Shown here: positions 37,780 through 48,595 of the stretch, one piece after another
Position numbering within the stretch: position 1 is the first letter of the stretch
Layout: the number at the start of each line of letters is the position of its first letter
NCBI GenBank assembly: GCA_963820525.1
Contig: CAWGAA010000002.1
Span: 192,001-256,000, forward strand
Source of the DNA: an uncultured Spirochaetota bacterium
Lineage (GTDB): Bacteria > Spirochaetota > Spirochaetia > SZUA-6 > Fen-1364
Direction: 5' to 3'
Length of the DNA: 64,000 nt
Notes under the pieces: model-generated
Told to the model about the DNA's origin: nothing
The model's database searches: none
Seen by the model: the letters and a program-made list of their open reading frames with translations, nothing else
Translations under genes and position numbers: made by a program

Positions 37780-40700
37780 ATGGTTTATCTTCTCGTCGAC
37801 TTGTTCAATTACCGACAGCTGGCGAGATTGAGACGGAACATCCTGCCCGGCGTCGAGAAGCGGCTTGCGGAGCTGTACGGAAGCCGGAAGGTCCGCGTTC
37901 TGAAGATACGCGAGGGAACGGCCCTCGTGGAGTGCGGGCGCGAAGAGGAGTTCGATTCCCGAGGGTGCGCCTCTCTGGGGCTCGAGATACGGGATTACCT
38001 CGGCTCCCTGCGGGAGGAGCTTTTCGGATTCGCCGTCCTCCTCGATGCGGAGGTCCCGGCGGAATCTGACCGCATCGAGGAGGCCATGAAGGATACGGCC
38101 TCGGAGCTCGAGCGGGAGCAGGACCTCTGGGTCACTCTCCGCGCCCTCCCGCTGTTCAAGGCTCACCTGACCGTGGAAGAAGGCAGGCAGGCGTGCCGCG
38201 TCACGGGGATCAAACAGCCGGCGCCCCGAAAGGTGGAGGAAGAGGCGCGGACGGGTTGGGTTCGGGAGAGCCTGGTCCAGCGCACCCTCGACGGGCTCTC
38301 TCCGCGGCTGAACGGCGGCGAGGAGGTTCTCTTCCTCTCCGGTCCCCCCGGTGCGGGCAAAACGGCCGTCCTTCGGGAGGCGGCCAGGCGGTTGGGGGCC
38401 GGTGACGAGAGAGCTCCCCTCTTGCGGATGTACACCCTTTTTCGACGCCGCTCGCCGGTTCACCCTTTCATCAACAGCCTCTCCGCCCAGCTTCTCGCCG
38501 AGGTTCCCCGGTACCTTCATGGAGCGGAGCTCGCGGTCTGGAACGACGTGAGCCCTCTGATAGCCGAGCTGCGCGGCGAGGAGCTCTCGGAAGGCGCCGG
38601 ACGGACCGCGTTCTTCCCCGACCACCTCCAGGAGGATTTCTCCATTGGCTACCAGCTCTACCTCCTGGCCTTCATCAGGATGACTTCAACGAAGCTCCTG
38701 CCTGCCTTCCTGGCATGCGAAGGGGTTGAAGCGTACCACCCGTCGGCGCGCAGGCTCGCCGCGCGGATGATTTCCGAGATGCTCGCCCACCCCAATTTCA
38801 TTCCCGTTCTCTCCTCCACCTCGCCGCAGGCGCCGGAGGAGTTTCGCGGCTTCGCCCTCGTCCCCCTCTCCATCCATCCCCTCGGCGAGCGGGAGATCCG
38901 CTCTTACGCGCGCCACCTCTTTCCCGGCCTCGAGATACCGGAAACGGAGGCGCGCCGCCTTCGAAGATACACGGGGGGGCTCTACCTCCCGGTCTCATCC
39001 TGCCTCCAGTACCTGGCCAAGACGTCGCGGATTCGCGGGCGGGAGGGGAGATTCGAATGGGTCCAATCCTCCGCGGATGCGCCGCCCCTGCCGCCAAATC
39101 CCCTTTCGGTCTCCTGGTTCCTGCTGCGGTCCCTCCCCGAGGAGGCGCTTCGCCTCCTCTCCATCCTGTACCTTACCGGCGGACTGCTCGATCAGAGCGG
39201 AGTCCTTTCACTTCTCTCTCGCGCGGGATTCGACGAGGCCTCCATTGAGCGGATCATTGCCGGCTTCGTATCCCTGGGGGTCGTGGCCGAGGAGGAACCC
39301 TTCACCCCCCGCATTCCCGCGCTGAGAAGGAAGCTGGAGGAGCTTCTGGGGCGCGACGCCGAAAAGCTCCGGGAGGAGTTCATCTCCTCCATCTTCTCGC
39401 AGTGGAAGAGGGGCGAGTACCCCAGGCGCGTGCTGCTCTTCTCCTTTCTCGCCAAGGCGGGCAAGACAGCCCTCGCCCTGGAGGTCCTCCCCGAGATCAT
39501 CCGCCGGAAGCTCGACGAGCGGGACCTGGCGGGAGCGAGGCTGTTCTGCGAGGCGGAAAGGCTCGAGTTCGCCGCTCCTCCCGACGACGGGCAGAAGGAG
39601 GAAATCTCCCTTATCTCCGGGGCGGGCAGATTGCACGCGGCGTTATTGGAGGGGAATCTGGAAGACGCCGCGCTCCATTTCCAGGCGCTGGCCCGGCCCG
39701 ACAGGTCCGGCATAGCGGGGGAGCCGGCCGGCGACGCGGCCCTCTCCCGGTCGCTGTACTCGCTGGCGTGCGGGGACTGCCCGGCCGCGATGGACGGCCT
39801 GAAAACGGCGCTGCTGGAGTTCCAGGAGTCCGGATTTGCCCGTGGAGAGCGGAGAGCCTACCACCTCCTGGGTCTCACCCTGCTGGCGGAGGGGAGAACG
39901 AGCGAGGCCATCGAGTACTTCTCTCTCTCCGAGAGGCTCTCCCTAAAGGCGGGAGATGCCCTCGGCGCCCTGCGTTCCGAGGCTTTTCTTGCCGTCTGTT
40001 TCTTCCTGGAAGGCAGGCTCACGCAGAGCCTCCAGAAGGCGGAGCACGCGGAAGAGACGGCGCGAGCATGCGGCCAGAGGGAGCAGGAGATCTTCCTCGG
40101 GTTTCTGAGGGTAAAATGCCTGTTCCAGCTCGGGCTCTACCAGGAGTGTTGCACCCTTCTCCAAGACTGCCTCAGCGGGGCAACCCTCTACTCGGCGGAC
40201 CAGGCGGCAGCCGTGCTCACGGCATGGCTGGCGCGCTCGATGCTCTACAAGGGGGACACGGCCTGTGCCACGCGGACGCTTGCGGCGCTGGAAAAGGGCC
40301 GTGAGGTTTTATTCTTCCTCGCGGAAGCGGAGCTTTTCTCGGGGAATCTCGAGAATGCCTCCCTGTGCGCCGAGAGGGCCCTCACAGCGGCGAGCTCGTC
40401 GTTCTTCCCTCCTCCCGAAGGGGTGAGCTGGAGGGATGGGTTTGCATCCGTGGAGGGGAGGTGCTTCCGCCTGATCCGGGAAGACGCGTTCCTTCGCCGC
40501 GGCGTGCGCGCCCTGGCCGGCTGCCTTCTGGGGATGCGCGGGTTCACCCGGGAGGCGGTGCGGGAGCTCCATCGTCTGACCCGGGGAGAAGACTCCACGG
40601 GGAGCGACCCCCATGCCTTCCTCCACGGCTACTTCTATTCCCTCGTGCTGCCGGAGTACGCCTCCGAGGAGGGAGACGACAAAACAACGATCCTGAGCAA

Positions 40701-40827
40701 ATCGCTGAAGGCGCTCCAGGAACGGGCAAGCCGGATAGAAGCGCCGGCCCAGAAAAGCGCCTTCCTCACGTCCAACTATTGGAACAAACGGATCATGGAG
40801 GATGCGCGCCAGCGGAAGCTGATTTAA
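37780..40827 (+). CDS. Large P-loop NTPase + TPR-repeat protein
   Basis: About 1015 aa; LSGPPGAGKT Walker A; C-terminal helical repeats (AYHLLGLTLLAEGRTSEAIEYF). Confidence 0.7.
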   Translation: MVYLLVDLFNYRQLARLRRNILPGVEKRLAELYGSRKVRVLKIREGTALVECGREEEFDSRGCASLGLEIRDYLGSLREELFGFAVLLDAEVPAESDRIEEAMKDTASELEREQDLWVTLRALPLFKAHLTVEEGRQACRVTGIKQPAPRKVEEEARTGWVRESLVQRTLDGLSPRLNGGEEVLFLSGPPGAGKTAVLREAARRLGAGDERAPLLRMYTLFRRRSPVHPFINSLSAQLLAEVPRYLHGAELAVWNDVSPLIAELRGEELSEGAGRTAFFPDHLQEDFSIGYQLYLLAFIRMTSTKLLPAFLACEGVEAYHPSARRLAARMISEMLAHPNFIPVLSSTSPQAPEEFRGFALVPLSIHPLGEREIRSYARHLFPGLEIPETEARRLRRYTGGLYLPVSSCLQYLAKTSRIRGREGRFEWVQSSADAPPLPPNPLSVSWFLLRSLPEEALRLLSILYLTGGLLDQSGVLSLLSRAGFDEASIERIIAGFVSLGVVAEEEPFTPRIPALRRKLEELLGRDAEKLREEFISSIFSQWKRGEYPRRVLLFSFLAKAGKTALALEVLPEIIRRKLDERDLAGARLFCEAERLEFAAPPDDGQKEEISLISGAGRLHAALLEGNLEDAALHFQALARPDRSGIAGEPAGDAALSRSLYSLACGDCPAAMDGLKTALLEFQESGFARGERRAYHLLGLTLLAEGRTSEAIEYFSLSERLSLKAGDALGALRSEAFLAVCFFLEGRLTQSLQKAEHAEETARACGQREQEIFLGFLRVKCLFQLGLYQECCTLLQDCLSGATLYSADQAAAVLTAWLARSMLYKGDTACATRTLAALEKGREVLFFLAEAELFSGNLENASLCAERALTAASSSFFPPPEGVSWRDGFASVEGRCFRLIREDAFLRRGVRALAGCLLGMRGFTREAVRELHRLTRGEDSTGSDPHAFLHGYFYSLVLPEYASEEGDDKTTILSKSLKALQERASRIEAPAQKSAFLTSNYWNKRIMEDARQRKLI

Positions 40828-40900
40828 TTATAACGGAATATTCTTTGTTCAGACGCTTGACGGGGTGCAATAAAATTGCGATTTTCCTGTTTACTATTGT

Positions 40901-41698
40901 ATGGTGCGTGATCTTGCCGCGATTCCCCGGGCTCTGCTCAGGCCGGACCGCGCCTTCGCCGAGCACGGGGTGTACCGGTTGCCCAAATCCCTCCTTCTGA
41001 TCCTCCTGTTCATCCTGTACATAACGGGGCAGAGACTCTCCGCCGGGTACGACGAGAACGCCCATGCCAAGGAGCTGGCCCTTGCGGAGGCCGGCGCCAG
41101 GCTGGATTCCCTCATGACCACGGCGCCCCCCGAGGCAAAGGAAAGGGCGCGCGAGCAGATGGTGGGCTCCATCCTTGGGCAGCAGAGCACGCTCTTCACC
41201 GCACTATCCATCGCCTTTTCCGGCCTCTTCTTTTTCATCCTCATGCTTGAGATGTGGCTGATCTCCACCGTCTCGTCCCAGTTTTTCGGCGGGCAGGAGG
41301 ACCGTCACGGCCGCGACAGGCCGTCGCTCACCCTTTTTCTGGTCGCCTTCTTCCCCCTCGCCCTGCGAAAGCTCCTGGCAGGGATCGTGCTTGCCACGAA
41401 GAACCCCGAAGCGGCGTCAAACGCCCTCACGCTGACGGACTACCGCGCCGTGAGCGCGGTCCACTTCGATTTTTTCTCGCTCCTGCCGCCAATAGGCGTT
41501 CCGGAGTTCATCGCTTCCATCGCGCGGTTGGTGACGGATCCTTTCTTCCTCTGGACCCTCGCCGTCGTGATCCTGGGGGGGCGCGTGGTTTATCGCGTGA
41601 GCGCGCGCGGGGCGGTGGCGCAGACGGCTATCGTTGTCCTTGTCCTTGCCCTCCAGGCGGCGCTTCTCAAGAGTATCGGTATCACAATGGAGATCTAG
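40901..41698 (+). CDS. Yip1-like membrane protein
   Basis: LLRPDRAF start, about 5 TM helices, DPFFLWT; first gene of the exporter operon. Exact start uncertain. Confidence 0.65.
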   Translation: MVRDLAAIPRALLRPDRAFAEHGVYRLPKSLLLILLFILYITGQRLSAGYDENAHAKELALAEAGARLDSLMTTAPPEAKERAREQMVGSILGQQSTLFTALSIAFSGLFFFILMLEMWLISTVSSQFFGGQEDRHGRDRPSLTLFLVAFFPLALRKLLAGIVLATKNPEAASNALTLTDYRAVSAVHFDFFSLLPPIGVPEFIASIARLVTDPFFLWTLAVVILGGRVVYRVSARGAVAQTAIVVLVLALQAALLKSIGITMEI

Positions 41699-41700
41699 AG

Positions 41701-43281
41701 ATGAAACGACTCGCGCTCCCGCTGTTTCTGCTTTTCGCCGCCTCGTCCCTTTTCTGTCAGGAGAAGCCGCTCGCACTGAGGGACCTCCCGTCCCTGGTGC
41801 TCGCCAAGGACCCGGTGGTGAGCTCCGCCGAGCAGTCGGCCCTCCTGGCCTACCACACCTACCAGGGCACCCTGTCGCAGGCCCTGCCCCAGCTGGATCT
41901 CTCCACGTCGTACTCGCTTGACTACCTGCCGTCCCAGGTCTCGCAGAGCTTCATATCGCTTCCCATTGCCCCTTATTACGCGATCCAGAGCGTGACCACA
42001 AACGACCAGGGGACCCACAACCTGGGCGCCAAGGTATCGCTCTCCCAGCTCCTTCCCACCGCGGGCACCGCCTCGCTGTCGCTTTCCAACCAGACCAGCA
42101 TCGACAGCTTCGGTTCTCAAGCGACGACCATTGGGACAACGACGACGGGCGCCGGGGGAGGAGCACAGTACTCCCAGAAGCCGGCCGTGACGCTCGGCAT
42201 TACGCAGCCCCTTTTCATGAACGGCAAGTTCCTGGACCTTGACCTCTTCCCCGCCACCTTCAGGAAGGTGCGGCTGGGGTATCTCAAGGCGGATCTTGCC
42301 AAACAGACGCAGTCCAACCAGTCGGTCTCCCAGGCAACCCAGCTCTTTCTCTCCGTCGTGCAGCTTCGAAAGAACATCGATCAATCTCGGAAAGCAATCG
42401 CCGTGAGCCAGGGCAACCTGGACAACCTCCAGAAGAACTTCTCCCTCGGGCTTGTCTCCGAGGCGGACCTGCTGGACCAAAAGATTTCGGTGGCCACCCA
42501 GAAACAGGCGCTCCTACAGCTTCAATCCAGCCTGACGAAGGCTGAGAGATCCCTTGCCCATTCGCTGGGCCGCGAGAGCCTCGACGGCGCGGCCCTGGAT
42601 GACGGCATCCCCGCATTGCAGGTCCCGCTGGGCAGCGACGATCTTCTGGCCAAGGCGATGGAGAACTATCCCGCCATACGTCAGCAGGGCCTTGCCCTGG
42701 AGGAGAAGAAGGTGGACGACATCCTTTCCGGCCAGAAGTACGCATCCACCCTGAGCCTCTCGCTTTCCTACTCCCCCCGCTATCCAGCCGCGGCGCTCTT
42801 GAGCCAGTACACCACCACGGATTTCGCGAGGTCGTTCTCGGACCTGTACGGCAGCGGCTCCACTTCGGACATCACGCTCAGCGCCAGCCTCACCATACAC
42901 CTGTTCGACGGCGGGCAGCAGAGCGAGGCACACGCGGGAAACATGGCAGTGACGCGCATGGCGGAAGACAGCCTCGAGACCCAGAAACAATCGGTGCAGG
43001 ACCAGGTGGCACTGGACCTTGCCTCCCGGGACAACCTCCAGGACAAGGTCTCGCTCCTCTCCGACGCGACGGACCTCGCTTCGCGGAGGCTTGAGACCGA
43101 AGCGGACCTCCTCGCCTTAGGCAAATCCACCCAGCTCAATGTCGATTCCCGGCGCGCCGACTACGAGGCCAAGCAGAACGACCTGTGGCGCGCCAAGGCC
43201 GACCTCTTCCTCACAGTGCTGGATCTCGCCTCCCTCGCGGGGGAGGACATCGCGAGGCTCATCGAAGGGAAATCTCCATGA
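41701..43281 (+). CDS. TolC-family outer-membrane channel
   Basis: Signal peptide; LPQLDLS, ITQPLF, LGLVSEADLL, IHLFDGG, LGKSTQLNV. Confidence 0.85.
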   Translation: MKRLALPLFLLFAASSLFCQEKPLALRDLPSLVLAKDPVVSSAEQSALLAYHTYQGTLSQALPQLDLSTSYSLDYLPSQVSQSFISLPIAPYYAIQSVTTNDQGTHNLGAKVSLSQLLPTAGTASLSLSNQTSIDSFGSQATTIGTTTTGAGGGAQYSQKPAVTLGITQPLFMNGKFLDLDLFPATFRKVRLGYLKADLAKQTQSNQSVSQATQLFLSVVQLRKNIDQSRKAIAVSQGNLDNLQKNFSLGLVSEADLLDQKISVATQKQALLQLQSSLTKAERSLAHSLGRESLDGAALDDGIPALQVPLGSDDLLAKAMENYPAIRQQGLALEEKKVDDILSGQKYASTLSLSLSYSPRYPAAALLSQYTTTDFARSFSDLYGSGSTSDITLSASLTIHLFDGGQQSEAHAGNMAVTRMAEDSLETQKQSVQDQVALDLASRDNLQDKVSLLSDATDLASRRLETEADLLALGKSTQLNVDSRRADYEAKQNDLWRAKADLFLTVLDLASLAGEDIARLIEGKSP

Positions 43282-44576
43282 AGCGACGAATCGGTCTTTA
43301 TGTTTTCGGCGGCATCCTCCTCTTGATCGTGGCCATCGTTGTGCTCAATTTTACCCTGCGGGGAAATCGCTATGACACGGCCATACCGGTGCGGGTCTAC
43401 ACGGTGGCCACGGGGACCCTCCAGGACAGGGTGAGCGGCAATGGCACGTTCAAGCCGGACACCGCGGTCAACGTCACCGCGCAGGTGTCGGGGGAGGTGC
43501 AGTCCATCCGAGTTTCAGAGAACTCCGTGGTGACGAAGGGAGCCCTGCTGCTCACGCTGCGCGACGACGACTACCGGCTGACGGCCCAGAAGGCGAGAGC
43601 CGCCCTCGATTCCACCCGCAACTCCATCCGCCAGTCCCTGGTGACCCTGCGCGCCCAGTACAGGAGCGCCGCTTCCGCCCTGGCGGATGCCCAGAGGACC
43701 TTCAACAACAACAAGGACCTCTACGCCTCCAAGTCGATCTCCCAGGAAGCCTACCAGAAGTCCTCCGATGCCCAGGAGAACGCCACGGTGAGCTTCCAGT
43801 CCGTCAAGGAGCAGCTCGACCTCCGCTGCGGGCTGCCCCTCACCTCGGATCCTCCCCTCACCCCTGACACGGACGACCAGATCGTCGAGAGATCCCCCGA
43901 GGTGGAACAGGCGCTGGTATCCCTGCGGTCGGCCCAGGACAGCGTGGACAAATGCCGGATAACGGCCCCCATCGCCGGCACCGTCACCGACGTCACTCCC
44001 ACCGTGGGAGACATGGTGGCCCCATCCACGCCCCTGGTGCGCATCGAGACGCTCTCCGCGATGCTGGCGGAGATCCAGATCGACGAGGTCGATATCGGAA
44101 AGATCAGGATGGGTCAGGACGCGGAGCTCACCAGTGATTCCCTAATCGGCCAGACGATCAAGGGAACCGTGGTCACCATCGCCCCGACGGTGACCAGCCT
44201 CGGATCCACCCGTGCAAGCCTCGTGGACCTCACCATCGACAAAAAAAGCCTGCCGCCGGGCGGCGCCATCATCCGCTCGGGGGCTTCCTGCACGGCCCGG
44301 ATAGCCACCAATGTCAAGCAGGGAGTGCTCACCATCCCGCTTGCCAGCTTCGTCACGCAGGAGAACGCCTCCTCCGTGTACCTGCTCACACCCACCGGCC
44401 GCAAGAACGCTTCCGGCTCGGAGGTCTTCCTCCTCTCGAAGAAGCAGATCGAGACAGGGTCCAGCGACGTGAACTTCGTCGAGGTCACTTCGGGGCTCTC
44501 GAACGGAGACCGGATCGCCGCGGGCAACCTCAACCTCCTGCGGGACGGGATCCTGGTGACGGCGCGAAAGGAATGA
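43278..44576 (+). CDS. Periplasmic adaptor (membrane fusion protein)
   Basis: TM anchor; [27 protein letters not shown]. Confidence 0.9.
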   Translation: MKRRIGLYVFGGILLLIVAIVVLNFTLRGNRYDTAIPVRVYTVATGTLQDRVSGNGTFKPDTAVNVTAQVSGEVQSIRVSENSVVTKGALLLTLRDDDYRLTAQKARAALDSTRNSIRQSLVTLRAQYRSAASALADAQRTFNNNKDLYASKSISQEAYQKSSDAQENATVSFQSVKEQLDLRCGLPLTSDPPLTPDTDDQIVERSPEVEQALVSLRSAQDSVDKCRITAPIAGTVTDVTPTVGDMVAPSTPLVRIETLSAMLAEIQIDEVDIGKIRMGQDAELTSDSLIGQTIKGTVVTIAPTVTSLGSTRASLVDLTIDKKSLPPGGAIIRSGASCTARIATNVKQGVLTIPLASFVTQENASSVYLLTPTGRKNASGSEVFLLSKKQIETGSSDVNFVEVTSGLSNGDRIAAGNLNLLRDGILVTARKE

Positions 44577-45394
44577 GCGCCGCGATGATCCAGCTGGAGA
44601 ACATCGTCAAGATCTATCGCATGGGAAAGCTCGAGGTGGAGGCCCTGCGCGGCGTGAACCTCTCCGTGGAGGCCCACGAGTTCGTGGCAATCATGGGACC
44701 ATCGGGCTCCGGCAAATCGACGCTGATGAACATCATCGGCTGCCTGGACCGGCTCACAAGAGGGCGCTACGTGCTGGATGGGATCGACGTTTCAGAGATG
44801 ACCGACAACGAGCTGGCCGATGTGCGCAACAAGAAGATCGGGTTCGTGTTCCAGACCTTCAACCTCCTTCCCCGCATGACCTCGCTTCGAAACGTGGAGC
44901 TCCCCCTCATCTATGATGGGGTGGGAATACGCGAGAGGCGGGAGCGCGCCATGGATGCCCTGAAGATGGTCGGCCTGGAAGACCGGGCCCATCACAAGCC
45001 CAACGAGCTCTCCGGCGGCCAGAAGCAGAGGGTGGCCATTGCGCGCGCTCTGATCAATAAGCCCGCTATCATCCTGGCGGATGAGCCCACGGGCAACCTC
45101 GACTCCCGCACGGGCGAGGAGATCATGGCGACCTTCGAGGAGCTCAACGACCGCGGCGTGACCATCATCCTCGTTACACACGAGCCCGACATCGCCTTCT
45201 GCGCGAAGCGGATCGTCGCCATCCGAGACGGCCTGGCCACGCGGGACGAGCCGGTAGTCCGCCGCAAGGTGGCCGCCCACGGAGGAGGCTCCCCGGCTGA
45301 CAACGGGCTTCCCCCCTCGATGGAGCAGCCTTCGCCGAGGAAACGCCCGCGCAAGCGCTCCCCTGCAGGGCCATCGGGGGCTTCCGAGGCATGA
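44573..45394 (+). CDS. ABC exporter ATP-binding subunit (MacB/LolD type)
   Basis: [30 protein letters not shown]. Confidence 0.95.
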   Translation: MSAAMIQLENIVKIYRMGKLEVEALRGVNLSVEAHEFVAIMGPSGSGKSTLMNIIGCLDRLTRGRYVLDGIDVSEMTDNELADVRNKKIGFVFQTFNLLPRMTSLRNVELPLIYDGVGIRERRERAMDALKMVGLEDRAHHKPNELSGGQKQRVAIARALINKPAIILADEPTGNLDSRTGEEIMATFEELNDRGVTIILVTHEPDIAFCAKRIVAIRDGLATRDEPVVRRKVAAHGGGSPADNGLPPSMEQPSPRKRPRKRSPAGPSGASEA

Positions 45395-46608
45395 ACTTCA
45401 CGGAGGGCTTCACCCAATCCTTCGAGACCATCAGCCACAACAAGCTCCGCACCTTCCTCACCATGCTCGGGATGAACATCGGAGTCGCCTCCGTGATCGC
45501 CGTCATGGCGATCGGCCTCATGGGCCGGGGCGCCATCATGAAGGGGATCGAGAACATCGGCTCCTCCCTCATCTGGGTGCAGCCCAACGCCAAGGCCTAC
45601 CCATCGGATACGACGCCCCAATACATGAAGGCCGAGGACCTGGATGTGCTTTCAGGCCTCGTGCAGGACGCGTGGATGTCCCCCATCCTTCGGGGGAACT
45701 ACTCCATCGGCTACCGCGGCGAGCAGAGCGCTTCCGCGGTGTATGGAGTGTGGCAGCCGTATGAGCGGATCTGGGCCCGGGGGGCCGCTATCGGGCGATT
45801 CATAACGAACGAGGACAGCGACCTGCACCGCCGGGTGATCGTGCTTGGCTCCAACACAGCGAAGGCCTTCTTTCTGTCGGACGAGGAGGCGCTGGGGCAG
45901 AGCGTCACCTTCGCGGGCAAGGATTTCACCGTTGTGGGGGTGATGCCGAAGAAGGACAGGTCTCCCGTCGACGACGGCTCGGACGACGACACCTGTTTCG
46001 TGCCCTACGAGGTCCTGGATTCGGTCACGGACTGGAGCGCATTCGGAGGCCCCCGGGTGATGCGGATCTACTTCAAGGTCCATTCGCTTTCCGACCTGGA
46101 CTTCGTATCTTCCCAGATCGACCAGTACCTGACCAAGAAGTACGGGGACATCGACGGCTCGCCGCGCTTTTTGGTTCGAAAGGCCGAGTCGAACATCCAG
46201 ACCACCAACAAGGTCTTCGACGTCATCACCACGGTCATCACGCTGATAGCCGGCATCGCCCTTGTGGTTGGCGGCATCGGGATCATGAACATCATGCTCG
46301 TCACGGTGACCGAGCGCACCAGGGAGATCGGGATCCGGAAGGCTGTCGGCGCCAAGCGGCGCGACATCCTGGCCCAGTTCCTCATCGAGAGCATCATTAT
46401 CTGCCTGATCGGCGGCGGGATTGGGATCGTCTTCGGAATGGTCATTACAACCATTGTCGCCGTGGCGCAGCACTGGGAGTACCTCCTGCCCTGGTTCGCC
46501 ATCGTCATCGGGCTTGCCGTCTCCATCGGGATAGGGCTTTTCTTCGGCATCTATCCCGCGCTGAAGGCCGCGCGGCTGGATCCCGTCGTGGCCCTCACCA
46601 AGGAGTAG
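45391..46608 (+). CDS. MacB/FtsX-type ABC permease
   Basis: [47 protein letters not shown]. Confidence 0.92.
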   Translation: MNFTEGFTQSFETISHNKLRTFLTMLGMNIGVASVIAVMAIGLMGRGAIMKGIENIGSSLIWVQPNAKAYPSDTTPQYMKAEDLDVLSGLVQDAWMSPILRGNYSIGYRGEQSASAVYGVWQPYERIWARGAAIGRFITNEDSDLHRRVIVLGSNTAKAFFLSDEEALGQSVTFAGKDFTVVGVMPKKDRSPVDDGSDDDTCFVPYEVLDSVTDWSAFGGPRVMRIYFKVHSLSDLDFVSSQIDQYLTKKYGDIDGSPRFLVRKAESNIQTTNKVFDVITTVITLIAGIALVVGGIGIMNIMLVTVTERTREIGIRKAVGAKRRDILAQFLIESIIICLIGGGIGIVFGMVITTIVAVAQHWEYLLPWFAIVIGLAVSIGIGLFFGIYPALKAARLDPVVALTKE

Positions 46609-46612
46609 ACGC

Positions 46613-47917
46613 GTGCGTTTTCCCTCTCTCCTGGAAGAAGCGTGGCTCGCGGTCAGGACCAACCGGTCTCGAACCGTCCTCACCATCCTGGGCATCGTGA
46701 TCGGCGTGGGCTCGGTGATCGCCGTGGTGGGCATCGGGGATGGGGCAAAGCAGGTTGTTGGAGACCTCCTGGGCCAGTACGGCTCTACATCTCTTGTCGT
46801 GTTTCCCAACTTCTCCGCCATCAGGGAGAGCAAGGGCAGGTATCATTTCGAGGAGATGAGCCGGGAGGACATCGATACCATAAACTCCAGCGCTCACGCC
46901 GTGAGCGCCGTGACCCCCCAGATCACCATGGAAGTGAAGGTGAAATACGGAAGCGGCGAGGAGAAGGCGACGATGCTGGGCACGATGCACCAGTACCTGA
47001 GCGCGAGCAAGCTTCGTGTTGCCAACGGCCGGTTCCTGAGCGATGAGGACGATACCTTCATGCGCAAGGTGGGAGTCCTGGGCTCGGACCTCGCCGGCAA
47101 GCTCTTCGGCGGAGAGGACCCCATCGGGCAGTTCGTCCGGGTATCCACGGTCACGAGCAACTCGGCCAGGACCTCCGCGCAGTCGAGCGACCCCTTTGGG
47201 CGTTCTTCCGGGATCAACTACTTCATCGACATCCAGATCATCGGGGTGCTGGAGCACGAGGAGAAATCCTTCATTTCCACGGTTTCAGACTTCGACACAT
47301 CGGACAACAATCGCCTGTTCGTCCCCTCCTCGGCAATCGAGCGCATGGGAGGCTCGTCCCATATCTACTTCTTGAACGGGGAGGCGGTTTCCAAGGACAA
47401 GATCGAGGACGCCAAGCGGGAGATCCTGGTCATCCTGGACAAGAGCCACGGCAAGTGGGACGGCAAGGTTGAGAAATACCAGGTGCAGGAGATGGGCCAG
47501 ATCCTGAGCATGATCGACACGGCAACCGGGACCCTTACGGCGGCCATCTCCCTCATTGCAGGGATCGCACTTTTTGTGGCGGGGATCGGGATCATGAACA
47601 TCATGCTCGTTTCGGTAAAGGAGCGGACGAGAGAGATCGGCGTGCGAAAGGCCCTCGGGGCCAAGCAGTCATCGATTTTGAACCAGTTCCTGTTGGAGAC
47701 TCTCATCCTCTGCGGGGGCGGGGGATTGTTCGGCGTGGGCTTTGCCACGGCTGCAATTCAGACCGTTGCGGCCCTCACCAAGTGGCCGGCCCTCATTTCA
47801 TGGAGCGTGATCCAGCTCGCCGTGATCCTCTCGCTTGCAACGGGCCTCATCTTCGGCCTGTACCCGGCGAGCAAAGCGGCGAAGATGGATCCCGTTGAAG
47901 CTTTGCGCTACGAGTAG
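46613..47917 (+). CDS. Second MacB/FtsX-type ABC permease
   Basis: [44 protein letters not shown]. Confidence 0.92.
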   Translation: MRFPSLLEEAWLAVRTNRSRTVLTILGIVIGVGSVIAVVGIGDGAKQVVGDLLGQYGSTSLVVFPNFSAIRESKGRYHFEEMSREDIDTINSSAHAVSAVTPQITMEVKVKYGSGEEKATMLGTMHQYLSASKLRVANGRFLSDEDDTFMRKVGVLGSDLAGKLFGGEDPIGQFVRVSTVTSNSARTSAQSSDPFGRSSGINYFIDIQIIGVLEHEEKSFISTVSDFDTSDNNRLFVPSSAIERMGGSSHIYFLNGEAVSKDKIEDAKREILVILDKSHGKWDGKVEKYQVQEMGQILSMIDTATGTLTAAISLIAGIALFVAGIGIMNIMLVSVKERTREIGVRKALGAKQSSILNQFLLETLILCGGGGLFGVGFATAAIQTVAALTKWPALISWSVIQLAVILSLATGLIFGLYPASKAAKMDPVEALRYE

Positions 47918-48226
47918 CGCAAAGCTTCAACGGCCCGGCAGCCGCGCTACTGCGCGGCGGGAGGGCGCCAAGAAGCTCCCGGGGCTGCGAGTAGCGCAAA
48001 GCTTCTACGGCCCGGCAGCCGCGCTGCTGCGCGGCGGGAGGGCGCCAAGAAGCTCCCGGGGCTGCGAGTAGCGCAAAGCTTCTACGGCCCGGCAGCCGCG
48101 CTGCTGCGCGGCGGGAGGGCGCCAAGAAGCTCCCGGGGCTGCGAGTAGCGCAAAGCTTCTACGGCCCGGCAGCCGCGCTGCTGCGCGGCGGGAGGGCGCC
48201 AAGAAGCTCCCGGGGCTGCGAGTAGC
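47911..48226. repeat. Tandem array of 4 x 77 bp plus an 8-bp partial unit
   Basis: Units start at 47911, 47988, 48065, 48142 and (partial) 48219. Copies 2-4 are identical; copy 1 differs at 2 positions. Confidence 0.95.
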
Positions 48227-48230
48227 CTGC

Positions 48231-48569
48231 TCACCCCTTGATCCAGACAGCCCAGCTTGCCGGCTCGTATCCAACGGTTGCGCGCTTTCCATCCCGGACA
48301 ATCGGCGTCTTTAATATCAGCGGATCAGATAGTATTTCTGATTCTGCATCGAATTCCTGGTATGCAAGCCCGCGATCCTTGAAGCGCCTGCTTTCCGTAT
48401 CAACTAAAGCGGTCATCCCCGCAGCAGCGGCAACCGCGCGAAGCTCCCCGACGCTGATGCCTTTCTCGGCAAGGTCGATGAGCTGGAAGGGGATTCCCCG
48501 CTCCCTGAAAAACCGCTCGGCCTTCTTCGTGTCTTGGCATTTCCTGGTGCCGAAAATCTGCAGGTTCAT
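48231..48569 (-). CDS. ArsC/Spx/YffB-family protein
   Basis: IFGTRKCQDTKKAERFF, PLILKTPIV. Confidence 0.85.
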   Translation of the reverse strand: MNLQIFGTRKCQDTKKAERFFRERGIPFQLIDLAEKGISVGELRAVAAAAGMTALVDTESRRFKDRGLAYQEFDAESEILSDPLILKTPIVRDGKRATVGYEPASWAVWIKG

Positions 48570-48595
48570 TAGACGTCTTGGCTGGTGCTGCAAAG

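Noticed and set aside
47911..48226. CRISPR array
   Set aside because: The units are contiguous and near-identical with no unique spacers, and no cas genes are in the window.
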